DNA from: a virus
Length of the DNA stretch: 64,000 nt
IMG/VR virus record: IMGVR_UViG_3300025133_008097
Span: 1-64,000 of that record
Strand: one strand, 5' to 3'
Position numbers and translations under genes: made by a program. Shown here in pieces: positions 24,237 through 33,015 of the stretch. The notes under the pieces were generated by a model. That model made no database searches. It saw only the letters and a list, made by a program, of their open reading frames with translations, and had not been told where the DNA came from. Within the stretch, counting starts at the first letter, position 1. Each line of letters begins with the position of its first letter.

Positions 24237-26033
24237 ATGAAAATATTACTAACGTGCGCTACGATTGATGAATTTCATCGAATTGAGAACGCACATGATA
24301 GCCACTATCCCCTTGGATTAGGGTATCTCCACTCTTACCTAGAGAGCTTAGATCGAGGCTATGAAGTGCTGACTCGGTTTCTGAATAATGTTACAAAAGA
24401 AAAATGTATGGAAACCCTCGCCAAAGATCTGGAAGAATTTAAACCAGATATAGTAGGGATCTCGATGATGACCCATAGTCGCGTCGGTGCCTTCCGCCTT
24501 ATAAAATATCTAGAAGAAAAACACCCTCAGGTTAAAATTGTTATCGGAGGTATGCACGTGAGCGTGATGTATCGCCAACTAACAGAGCATTATAGAAATG
24601 TAGTGTGCGCTATCGGCGAAGGCGAGATAACACTGGGTGAACTGGTTCAGTGTTGGGACGAGGAAGGAGACCTTAATAACGTCGCCGGAATTGCTTTTTA
24701 CGACCACAAGAAAGAAGAAGTGGTGACCACCGAAGAACGCGGCCTAATTGATGACCTTGATATCTTGCCCTTTCCTAAACACGAACTGTTTTTGTGGGAA
24801 GGAAAGACAATTGCCGGGCTTCTCACAAGTCGCGGCTGCCCCTATAAATGCAATTTTTGTGTCCTCGACGCAGCCTCTCGCCGTAAGGTTCGATGCCGAT
24901 CAGCAAAGAATATCGTCGACGAGGTAGAGCAGATACTCGAACGTCACCCTACTGTTAATACTGTATGGATTCACGATGATGCGTTCATGATTATCAAGGA
25001 TAGAACAATTGAGTTTTGCGAAGAAGTCATTCGCCGCGGCATAAAAACGCAGTTTATTTGTAGCGCCCGGTTTCGCCCTATTTCGCGCGAGGTCGTCATG
25101 CTGATGAGAGATGCTGGGTTTATCCAGGTTATGTTTGGTTTAGAGTCGGGCTCGGAACCCGTTATGAAGTTGATGAAAAAAGGCCTCACCCAGAAAGCAG
25201 TGCGTCATGCGATGAAGCTGTTTGCGGAGACTGGGATTAAACCTACTGCCTTTTTAATTTCTGGCTTGCCGGGAGAGACTCATGAGACAGTCGCTGAAAC
25301 AATCGATTTCGTTCAAGAACTTCAGTATCTCCATTATCTTTATTATGATGACATCGGTGTGGCTAGCATTTATCCGGGTACCGAGTTATTTACTTTAGCC
25401 AAAGAAGCGAAGATGGAGGTCCCCGGTTATGGGATTATCGATGACGAATTCTGGCTTACTGGCTTGGATGTTCCATTTTATGAGGTGGACCATAAATACG
25501 AGCAGCTGCTTGAATGGAAAGAACAAATCCGAGATGCAGTATCTCTCGATCGGATATTAAAAAATCCAGATACATTTTTGCAACAAAGAAAACTAATACC
25601 TCACATTATTCAGTATGCATGGCGGTTTAATCTTAACGGCATAGTTTCTGAGGTAATGAAAATTCTCAATAATAACCAGAATTTAACGTTAAGCATGCTG
25701 CGGAGCCTCTTTTTAGGAGAGACTCGAACAAAAGAACTTCAGTCGGTTCATACAGCTTTTGAAAAAGGGCTTATTAAAACACTTTTGTCGCAAATGGACA
25801 TTGGGGCCCAAAAAGACTTCATTGTAAAACATACCGAACAAGTTAAGAAAGATAAAGAAACAGTTGCGCGCTGGGTTGCCATTCAAGAAAAAGAGCAATC
25901 CGGAGTCGAGGGCAAAAACTCCACGCATGCGGCAGCAGTAGTTACTAAGGATGGAACAATGATTGCGCCGTTTGTCGACGATGGCTTTGATGATGAACGA
26001 AAGCGAAAGAGAGCCTTTAACATCATTCAATAA
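24237..26033 (+). CDS. Cobalamin-binding radical SAM enzyme (class B methyltransferase-like)
   Basis: B12 domain YPLGLGYL, IVGIS, IGGMH and GEGE; TSRGCPYKCNFC; GLESGS. Confidence 0.9.
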   Translation: MKILLTCATIDEFHRIENAHDSHYPLGLGYLHSYLESLDRGYEVLTRFLNNVTKEKCMETLAKDLEEFKPDIVGISMMTHSRVGAFRLIKYLEEKHPQVKIVIGGMHVSVMYRQLTEHYRNVVCAIGEGEITLGELVQCWDEEGDLNNVAGIAFYDHKKEEVVTTEERGLIDDLDILPFPKHELFLWEGKTIAGLLTSRGCPYKCNFCVLDAASRRKVRCRSAKNIVDEVEQILERHPTVNTVWIHDDAFMIIKDRTIEFCEEVIRRGIKTQFICSARFRPISREVVMLMRDAGFIQVMFGLESGSEPVMKLMKKGLTQKAVRHAMKLFAETGIKPTAFLISGLPGETHETVAETIDFVQELQYLHYLYYDDIGVASIYPGTELFTLAKEAKMEVPGYGIIDDEFWLTGLDVPFYEVDHKYEQLLEWKEQIRDAVSLDRILKNPDTFLQQRKLIPHIIQYAWRFNLNGIVSEVMKILNNNQNLTLSMLRSLFLGETRTKELQSVHTAFEKGLIKTLLSQMDIGAQKDFIVKHTEQVKKDKETVARWVAIQEKEQSGVEGKNSTHAAAVVTKDGTMIAPFVDDGFDDERKRKRAFNIIQ

Positions 26034-26050
26034 TGATGTAAAATGTATCT

Positions 26051-26944
26051 ATGACAGTACTAGTCACCGGTGGGAGCGGCTTCATTGGGCGCAGACTTGA
26101 GAGATATCGTCCAGATTGGGTATATCTTTCGTCGACTGATTGCGACCTCCTTGACCGTTCCGCGGTTGATAAAATGTATGCAGATATACAGCCCGAGGCT
26201 GTTGTACACCTTGCTGGTCGAGTCGGCGGAATCAAAGACAACTCTTCCAATCAGGTAGAGTTCTTCGAACAAAACGTAGTGATGAATTTAAACGTCGTCG
26301 CCGGCGCTTACCAAGCAGGTGTTCCGCGACTCCTGGGAGCATTAAGTACCTGCGCCTTCCCCGATGTAGTTTCTCAGTATCCGTTTACTGAAGATGAGAT
26401 ATTTGACGGACCGTGCGCAACCACAAATTTTGCGTATGGATATTCTAAACGATTATTGCATGCACTAATACTAGCTTATCGAAGTCAGCATAAAGTAGAT
26501 TATAGCACGTTCAGCCCCTCTAACGTGTATGGCCCCGGTGATCATTTTGACACCGATACTTCTCACTTTGTTCCCGCTCTCATTAGCAAAGCCGCCAAAC
26601 TAAAAGACGGAGATACTCTAGAGCTGTGGGGAACCGGAGCGCCGCTCCGCCAGCAGCTATATGTGGAGGATCTTTGTCAAATTATCCCTCTATTATTAAC
26701 ACACCATCACAGCGATGACCCGATTATTGTGGCACCCAACGAAAATTTAAGTATTGACGAGATGGCAAAAATTTTAATTTCTCATTTAAACATTGATGTG
26801 AAAATTGTTTATAATAATCAATTAGATGGGCAGCATCGTAAAGATGGTGCCAACGCTTTGCTGCTTCAAACAATTGGAGACTATAACTTTACTTCATTTG
26901 ACAGCGGCATAAAACAGACTTATAATTGGTATCAACCCTTTTAG
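26051..26944 (+). CDS. fcl: GDP-L-fucose synthase (epimerase/reductase) family
   Basis: TGGSGFIG, HLAGRVGGI, LSTC, YGYSKR, NVYGPGD, SHFVPALI and WGTGAPLRQ motifs. Confidence 0.88.
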   Translation: MTVLVTGGSGFIGRRLERYRPDWVYLSSTDCDLLDRSAVDKMYADIQPEAVVHLAGRVGGIKDNSSNQVEFFEQNVVMNLNVVAGAYQAGVPRLLGALSTCAFPDVVSQYPFTEDEIFDGPCATTNFAYGYSKRLLHALILAYRSQHKVDYSTFSPSNVYGPGDHFDTDTSHFVPALISKAAKLKDGDTLELWGTGAPLRQQLYVEDLCQIIPLLLTHHHSDDPIIVAPNENLSIDEMAKILISHLNIDVKIVYNNQLDGQHRKDGANALLLQTIGDYNFTSFDSGIKQTYNWYQPF

Positions 26945-26952
26945 GTATTAGA

Positions 26953-27756
26953 ATGGATTGTTCAAAACTAGAGGACAACGTACGCGCTTATTTGTTGAGC
27001 TATCCAAAGAGCGGCAATAGTTGGCTGCGATATATAATTGAATATACGACAGGCATACCCACGATCTATGAAGGTCATATGCGCGCGGACAAGATAGCGT
27101 CGATAAATGCTGCCGCCTTTGGTCTACTTAAAACTCTGGATGCCCCCAGTATTGATTATCCGGTGAGTTCTCAGCCTAGGATCGCCTGGCGAGAAGAGAG
27201 AATGAATTACGATCAAGGTCTTATATTAAAAAAGCATACCTCCAGAGATATCGCATCCCACCCAGAACTTGATCCTCCTCCAATTAAGCCCGAGACCAAA
27301 TTAATATTGTTAGTCAGAGATCCTCGCGACGCCATCGTGCGCCACAATATGCACGAGGCTTGGGAACAGTTTGCAAAAAATGTTAAATATTTTAGTGAAT
27401 GGCCGAGCGACAAACTGTTAATATATTATGAAGCACTTCTTAAATATCCGGAACATAGCATTCGCGAAGTTAGCCTGTTTTTAAATGAAAAGCCGGAGGA
27501 CAAGATAGTTGAGCAATTTATGAAAGACTATGATAAGCATGTCGAGTTATCCGCCTCTACCTATAGAACATATGGGGCAAAGTCCAACCGGCGGGCCTAT
27601 GAGACACAATCGATCAATGCGCCAAATTTTGGAATCGGCCACCATCACCACAATGCCAAGCACGCCGGCGAAAGAAATAAGAAACTAAGGGGAATATGCG
27701 ACGACCCGCAAGTTGCCGAGATATTACGGCCATATTTAGAGGATAAGGAATGGTAA
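26953..27756 (+). CDS. PAPS-dependent sulfotransferase
   Basis: 5'-PSB loop SYPKSGNSW and 3'-PB motif [16 protein letters not shown]. Confidence 0.8.
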   Translation: MDCSKLEDNVRAYLLSYPKSGNSWLRYIIEYTTGIPTIYEGHMRADKIASINAAAFGLLKTLDAPSIDYPVSSQPRIAWREERMNYDQGLILKKHTSRDIASHPELDPPPIKPETKLILLVRDPRDAIVRHNMHEAWEQFAKNVKYFSEWPSDKLLIYYEALLKYPEHSIREVSLFLNEKPEDKIVEQFMKDYDKHVELSASTYRTYGAKSNRRAYETQSINAPNFGIGHHHHNAKHAGERNKKLRGICDDPQVAEILRPYLEDKEW

Positions 27757-28736
27757 TGAAAACAGCATTAGTAACAGGTATCACAGGACAAGACGGCTCT
27801 TATTTAGCCGAGCTTCTGTTATCTAAAGGATATAAAGTGATAGGCGTCAAGAGGCGCACCTCCCTGATAACCACCGATCGTATAGATACGATATTTGAAA
27901 ATTCCAACTTGATATTGGAATATGGCAACCTCCATGATGCAGGCTGTTTTTGGAAGCTTTTAAACAAATATAAGCCTGATGAAATCTATAATCTGGGAGC
28001 ACAGTCACACGTTCGCGTCTCCTTTGATGTCCCCGAGGAGACAGTCGACTCGATCGTTATGGGAACTTTGCGCTTGATGAATGCTTATAAGGAGCTTTGC
28101 CCCGAAGCGAAATTCTATCAGGCGTCATCGTCTGAGATGTACGGCGATAATCTGAACGTTCCCTTTGATGAGGAATCCCTTTTACAGCCAGCGTCGCCCT
28201 ATGCTTGCGCGAAGGTCTTTGCTCACCACCTAGTAAGAAACTACCGCGAGGCTTATGGACTCCAAGCATCGAGCGGGATCTTGTTTAATCATGAATCCCC
28301 CCGTCGCGGCGAAACGTTTGTTACAAGAAAAATTACAATGGCGGCAGCCCGAATCAAACTTGGCCTACAAGAGCACTTACACCTAGGTAATCTAGATGCA
28401 AAGCGCGACTGGGGCTATGCTGGCGACTATGTCGAAGCGATGTGGCGTATGCTGCAGCAAGACAAGCCAGATGATTTTGTCATCGCCACAGGACATTCCT
28501 ATACCGTGCGAGAATTTTTGCATTATGTATTTGAATACGCGGGTTTAAATGATATTGATAAGTATGTTAAGATAGACCCACGACTATTTAGGCCACACGA
28601 AGTTCCCTATCTGCTGGGAGACCCATCCAAAGCAAAAGAAAAGTTGGGGTGGGAGCCTAAAGTCGATTTTAGAGGATTGGCAGAAATGATGTATGATGCC
28701 GATTACGACTTTATTAAAAATACGGAGGTAAAATGA
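27756..28736 (+). CDS. gmd: GDP-mannose 4,6-dehydratase
   Basis: [55 protein letters not shown] and RDWGYAGDY motifs. Confidence 0.96.
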   Translation: MKTALVTGITGQDGSYLAELLLSKGYKVIGVKRRTSLITTDRIDTIFENSNLILEYGNLHDAGCFWKLLNKYKPDEIYNLGAQSHVRVSFDVPEETVDSIVMGTLRLMNAYKELCPEAKFYQASSSEMYGDNLNVPFDEESLLQPASPYACAKVFAHHLVRNYREAYGLQASSGILFNHESPRRGETFVTRKITMAAARIKLGLQEHLHLGNLDAKRDWGYAGDYVEAMWRMLQQDKPDDFVIATGHSYTVREFLHYVFEYAGLNDIDKYVKIDPRLFRPHEVPYLLGDPSKAKEKLGWEPKVDFRGLAEMMYDADYDFIKNTEVK

Positions 28737-28906
28737 AAAAGTCTACAACGAAAAAGGCGCCTGCTGCGCAGGCCCTAAAAGAAAGTCATGTCCGAGAGGT
28801 CGTCGACCAAATGCTACGAGATGCTTTAAGCTCCTTTAGTCGCGATATGGAAGGCCATCTCAAAGATATTGATGCACGAATCAAGAACCTGGAGAAGCGG
28901 CCGTAA
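28733..28906 (+). CDS. Small hypothetical coiled-coil protein (57 aa; not in the supplied ORF track)
   Basis: GGAGG SD, ATGA overlap with gmd, TAATG overlap with the next gene; [10 protein letters not shown]...[12 protein letters not shown]. Confidence 0.65.
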   Translation: MKKSTTKKAPAAQALKESHVREVVDQMLRDALSSFSRDMEGHLKDIDARIKNLEKRP

Positions 28907-29118
28907 TGAAGCTATCTACTCAAGCTATGGGGGCGCTTATGATGGCCCTTCAAAAGTCTTTGTTGGAGCAGAGCGACATTGTGCCGCTTTTAAAAGAGAT
29001 GAATTTCCAGGTCAACCCTGAGGATTCAAGTCAAAGTACTTTAGTTATTACTAATCCACCTGTAATAAAACTAGAGGATACCATTCTGGCGGACGTAGTT
29101 GGTTCGTTAGAGGTATAA
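28906..29118 (+). CDS. Hypothetical protein
   Basis: Coupled ORF in operon context. Confidence 0.6.
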   Translation: MKLSTQAMGALMMALQKSLLEQSDIVPLLKEMNFQVNPEDSSQSTLVITNPPVIKLEDTILADVVGSLEV

Positions 29119-29122
29119 TATA

Positions 29123-29374
29123 TTGCCACGCTATGAATACCACTGTGGCAATTGTGAGCTAGACAGCACAATCCAGCACCTATCTAGCGAAACAGTGGAA
29201 GAATGTCCAGAGTGTCACTACGAGGGGGCACTCTGTAAAAAATTATCCAAATTTAGAACTTCGCCTGACTCCAAATGGGTGAAGAAAAAGATTGGTGAAA
29301 CTACCGAGCAGTTTATTAAGGATGCTAGGGAAGAATTAAAACAGCAGAAAGATGATCTAGACGATAAACGATGA
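29123..29374 (+). CDS. FmdB-like zinc-ribbon protein
   Basis: PRYEYHCGNC...CPEC; TTG start. Confidence 0.7.
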   Translation: MPRYEYHCGNCELDSTIQHLSSETVEECPECHYEGALCKKLSKFRTSPDSKWVKKKIGETTEQFIKDAREELKQQKDDLDDKR

Positions 29375-29700
29375 GTTTAATTATAGCACTTGTAATCTCG
29401 CTACTTCTCAATATTTTATTGGGATGGTACTTGGTACGCCTACTGATTAAATTTATGTTTATATCGGAAAATCATGCTGACTTATTTTTAACGCTGAAAT
29501 CATTTGAAGTGTTTACCCGATCACTTTATAGTATGGAAATGTTCCATGGCGAGCCAGTGATTCAAGATCTTATTCACAGAACGCAAGTTGTGCTAGAAGA
29601 GTCAGAGCGATTCCGTAGCATTTTTGAATATACCCTCGATTATGAATTAGAGGAAGAACTAGATGACATCACAAAAACGGCCGAAGAAGAAACGCAATAA
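29371..29700 (+). CDS. Hypothetical membrane-anchored protein
   Basis: N-terminal TM helix LIIALVISLLLNILLGWYLV. Confidence 0.6.
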   Translation: MSLIIALVISLLLNILLGWYLVRLLIKFMFISENHADLFLTLKSFEVFTRSLYSMEMFHGEPVIQDLIHRTQVVLEESERFRSIFEYTLDYELEEELDDITKTAEEETQ

Positions 29701-30364
29701 AAATTATTATTTTACAAAAGTTCACGAAGACGCAATTATCAAATATGCGGCAACGGAGGACAGAGAACTTCGAACGAAGTTGTATATTGAATACATCCAG
29801 CCCGCATTTGATCAAATGGTCGACAAGATCATTTACACCTATCGCTTTACAAGTTTGCCAAATATTCATTCCTTAAAAGATGAATGTAAAATTTGGCTTA
29901 CTACTATCCTTAACAAGTATGATCCCAACAAGGGATCAAAAGCGTTTTCTTATTTTTCTGTGGTAACCAAAAATTGGTTTATTCACAAAGTTAAAAAAAC
30001 TCAAAAACGAAATCGCACTGAAGTTTATCTAGAAGACGTTGTTAACGAACTAGAACAAGATTTAATATCGCAAGAGCCTACCTACGAGAGTCGTCGGCAG
30101 GATATCGAGTTCTGGTCCTCTTTTGGCACCGAGATGAACACATGGGACTCCTTTATGCTTAAGGAAAATGAAAAGAAAGTGCTAATGGCTGTCCGCATTC
30201 TTTTAGATTCCGCCGATACAATTGAAATTTTTAATAAAAAAGCTATTTATTTATACCTGAGGGAGATTACTGGCCTCAACACGAAACAGGTTGTTAACAA
30301 CTTAAATAAATTAAGAAAGCGATATAGGATATTTAAAGAGAAATGGCAAAACGGCGAAATTTAA
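29663..30364 (+). CDS. Phage sigma factor, T4 gp55-like / sigma70 region-2 containing
   Basis: KYDPNKGSKAFSYFSVVTKNWFIHKVKK matches the region 2.3-2.4 pattern; C-terminal YLYLREITGLNTKQVVNNLNKLR is HTH-like; sits at the head of the structural block. Confidence 0.7.
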   Translation: MTSQKRPKKKRNKNYYFTKVHEDAIIKYAATEDRELRTKLYIEYIQPAFDQMVDKIIYTYRFTSLPNIHSLKDECKIWLTTILNKYDPNKGSKAFSYFSVVTKNWFIHKVKKTQKRNRTEVYLEDVVNELEQDLISQEPTYESRRQDIEFWSSFGTEMNTWDSFMLKENEKKVLMAVRILLDSADTIEIFNKKAIYLYLREITGLNTKQVVNNLNKLRKRYRIFKEKWQNGEI

Positions 30365-30645
30365 ATTTGGATGATTATATAGAGGAGACCACGACCAATA
30401 TTCGGGAGGATCGCGCCATGGCCAAATCATTGCTTATGGATGCGATAAGTGATATGAAAGTCTCCGATTCGGCTCGCAAGGAGCTGGGATCCATTGCCGC
30501 CAAATATGTAGAAAACCTTCAGCGCTCAAACGAGCAGATGGTCAAGCTAGCTGCCCTCCTTCAGAAACAAAAAACTGAACACTTTGGGTTGAGCGCAGAC
30601 GATAAAGAACAAATATTTGATTTGTTAAATGAACAAGAGGAGTAG
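30343..30645 (+). CDS. Helical protein, possible T4 gp16-like small terminase subunit
   Basis: LLMDA...SNEQMVKL resembles, from memory, the gp16 oligomerisation helices; not aligned. Confidence 0.3.
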   Translation: MAKRRNLNLDDYIEETTTNIREDRAMAKSLLMDAISDMKVSDSARKELGSIAAKYVENLQRSNEQMVKLAALLQKQKTEHFGLSADDKEQIFDLLNEQEE

Positions 30646-30647
30646 AG

Positions 30648-32027
30648 ATGTCGGACGTTTCCACTGAGACCTTCACAATTAAAAATGTTAACTGCGAGTT
30701 TCTTCTGTGTTGTCCTACTGTGCTGGACTCTGCTCTCGGCAATCGTCGATTATTTAATGCCACGAGGGGTCTTTCTCATGCAATGCGTGGAATTAATTAT
30801 GTTCGTCGGGCGATAATGCCTAATCCAGTCCCGGGGATAGTGGTCGGGTATCAAACCACCGCATCTCCTATAATTCAAAATCCTGCCGATGCGGCGCGCT
30901 ATATGGCAGCCCAACGACCGAACTTCGAGGCGTTCAACTTTATCTATAAGGTGTACCAGCCTTGCCTATACGGCACATCGGACGGATCCCTCCTACCCAA
31001 AGATTTCGAATCTGATCGGGAAGAAATCTTTAAAAGGAAGGTGGGAGCCATGAAAGACATTACTGTTTCCTTGAGTGCTAATTCAGTGCAAGGAGCAATT
31101 CCGCCCGGCACCTATGTGAAAGTAAAATATGAAGATATCCGCCGCGCCAAAAATCCTCAGATAATAGAGATAGGTGAAAAGATTTTTGATATTGCCCTAG
31201 CGCAAGGGCCGCCTCCAGGCAATCCTTTTATTTTGGGCGGCCCTTATGGAGCGGCCGGAACCGTTGGTTCCACTGGCGCAGTTGAAGGAACACCGTTTGT
31301 TACAGAACAGGCACCTAATAATCCGGATGTGAAGGGAGACGACACGGGCCCGATTATTGGCCTAGGTCGATATTCTTCTGGCGTACGCAATGATAATCTT
31401 AAGATTCTTGAGCGCTATATGGAACAATATGGAGTTACCAATAGATACGTGAAGATTGCTATTTTGGGGGTGGTTTCAAAAGAATCGGGCCTAAAGCCCC
31501 AATCAGAGTATGGATGGTCGAACGCATCCGTTGAGCGCTCGCGGAAATTCTTTGGCGGCCGCGTAAAGATGTTCAACGATACTGAACTTAAAGCACTAAT
31601 GCAAGATGATGTTCTGTGGTTTAGTCACATCTATGGGCCCAAGTTTTTCGGTCCTGGATCAAGAGGTTCTTGGGCGGACCATACGGGCGAAAGAGATGGC
31701 TACAATTACCGCGGCCGCGGCTTCAATCAGATCACTTTTAAAGCAAGTTATAGAAAATATGGCAGACTCGCAGGCCTCGATTTGGTAGGAAACCCGGACC
31801 TACTTAATGATCCAGAGCATGCAGCCAATGCTGCAGTGGCATTTTTAGTTAATGGACTTAAGAATCCGAAATCACCGGTGAAAGAGGATATCAATAATGT
31901 TTCGAGTCAGCGCGACGCCAATATCGTCGTCGCCCGCGCAAATGCTGGATGGGGGAAATCCCTCACAAACACTTCTGTGCAAGGTGCCATTAGCGCCACC
32001 AACAAAGCGAGCCACTTGTTTGTGTAA
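30648..32027 (+). CDS. Baseplate hub/gp5-like protein with C-terminal GH19 lysozyme domain
   Basis: KESG catalytic Glu, YRGRGFNQIT and LVGNPDLL GH19 motifs; PGTYVKVKYED resembles the gp5 OB-fold strand. Confidence 0.7.
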   Translation: MSDVSTETFTIKNVNCEFLLCCPTVLDSALGNRRLFNATRGLSHAMRGINYVRRAIMPNPVPGIVVGYQTTASPIIQNPADAARYMAAQRPNFEAFNFIYKVYQPCLYGTSDGSLLPKDFESDREEIFKRKVGAMKDITVSLSANSVQGAIPPGTYVKVKYEDIRRAKNPQIIEIGEKIFDIALAQGPPPGNPFILGGPYGAAGTVGSTGAVEGTPFVTEQAPNNPDVKGDDTGPIIGLGRYSSGVRNDNLKILERYMEQYGVTNRYVKIAILGVVSKESGLKPQSEYGWSNASVERSRKFFGGRVKMFNDTELKALMQDDVLWFSHIYGPKFFGPGSRGSWADHTGERDGYNYRGRGFNQITFKASYRKYGRLAGLDLVGNPDLLNDPEHAANAAVAFLVNGLKNPKSPVKEDINNVSSQRDANIVVARANAGWGKSLTNTSVQGAISATNKASHLFV

Positions 32028-32041
32028 GGAAAGGAGTTGTT

Positions 32042-33013
32042 ATGGCGATTAATGATGCATATGATGCCGATGTCTTAAACGACGTAGAAAGACAGCACTA
32101 TGATGCTTTGGATGATATCGGTAAAGCTCGGTTTATTGGAGTAGGGTACCAGGGACGTAAACTTTATGATTGTCCCAAATACGATGTAACGCAGGACGAC
32201 AAAGTCATTCAGAATGGTAATTCCTTTATTGTTCTTGGATACGACCGGCCACACTCTCGGGCGAGTGGATTCGGCGCAACGGGTAACAAGTGTTCGTCGA
32301 TGGATATTGTGGTGGGGAGACTAGGGTACCAGGCCCGTTCTCATACACCTCTGGGCAAGGAAAAAATAGTAAGTCCTAACTTTAAAAAGGACGCTGCCCG
32401 TATTTATATTAGTCAACGAGCGGCTGTTGATGATATCAAGTATTTTGGTTTGGCCAAAGGAACCGTGGGTAATGTAAAAATGGGCGCCCCCCGATCAACG
32501 ATCGCTCTCAAGGCCGACACTTTACGTTTCATTGCTCGGGAAAATATTAAGTTTGTTACCAAGACAGACAAAAAGAACTCTCAAGGAGGAAAGCTTGCTA
32601 ATGCGTGGCAGGGGCAGTACGGCATAGACCTGATCGCAATGAATGATGACTCGGATATGCAACCCATGGTTAAGGGAAACAACCTAAGAGAATGTTTGAG
32701 CGAGATGATGGATCACATCAACGAACTCCGTGACAAACTGGTAACAGTGTTGGACTATCAGCGTAACTTAACCCAAACGCTTCTTACCCACACACATCGT
32801 ACAATGTTTTACGGGTTAACCTCAGCTCCCGACTTTGAACAACTGATGCCCAAAGGTATTGAGTCAATGCTGAATACGGCCATGAATGTTGAGATCCCTG
32901 CAATGTCGGACGACCTTATGAAGTCAACAGAAATTGTTAAAAACTATTTATGTGCACCCGGCGGAATGCGCCACCGAAAATATATCTTGAGTAAATATAA
33001 CAATACGAATTAA
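32042..33013 (+). CDS. Putative baseplate spike / gp5 C-terminal-like protein
   Basis: Short alternating beta strands (IVLGYDR, DIVVGR, RIYISQ, IALKADTLRFIARENIKFVT); lies between the lysozyme hub and the wedge genes. Confidence 0.45.
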   Translation: MAINDAYDADVLNDVERQHYDALDDIGKARFIGVGYQGRKLYDCPKYDVTQDDKVIQNGNSFIVLGYDRPHSRASGFGATGNKCSSMDIVVGRLGYQARSHTPLGKEKIVSPNFKKDAARIYISQRAAVDDIKYFGLAKGTVGNVKMGAPRSTIALKADTLRFIARENIKFVTKTDKKNSQGGKLANAWQGQYGIDLIAMNDDSDMQPMVKGNNLRECLSEMMDHINELRDKLVTVLDYQRNLTQTLLTHTHRTMFYGLTSAPDFEQLMPKGIESMLNTAMNVEIPAMSDDLMKSTEIVKNYLCAPGGMRHRKYILSKYNNTN

Positions 33014-33015
33014 TT

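Noticed and set aside
6465-28736. Bacterial O-antigen/capsule locus or eukaryotic giant-virus (NCLDV) glycosylation cluster
   Set aside because: There is no Wzx/Wzy/ABC export or priming transferase; it is continuous with myovirus baseplate genes and uses SD motifs and sigma70-type promoters. An assembly chimera cannot be excluded without reads
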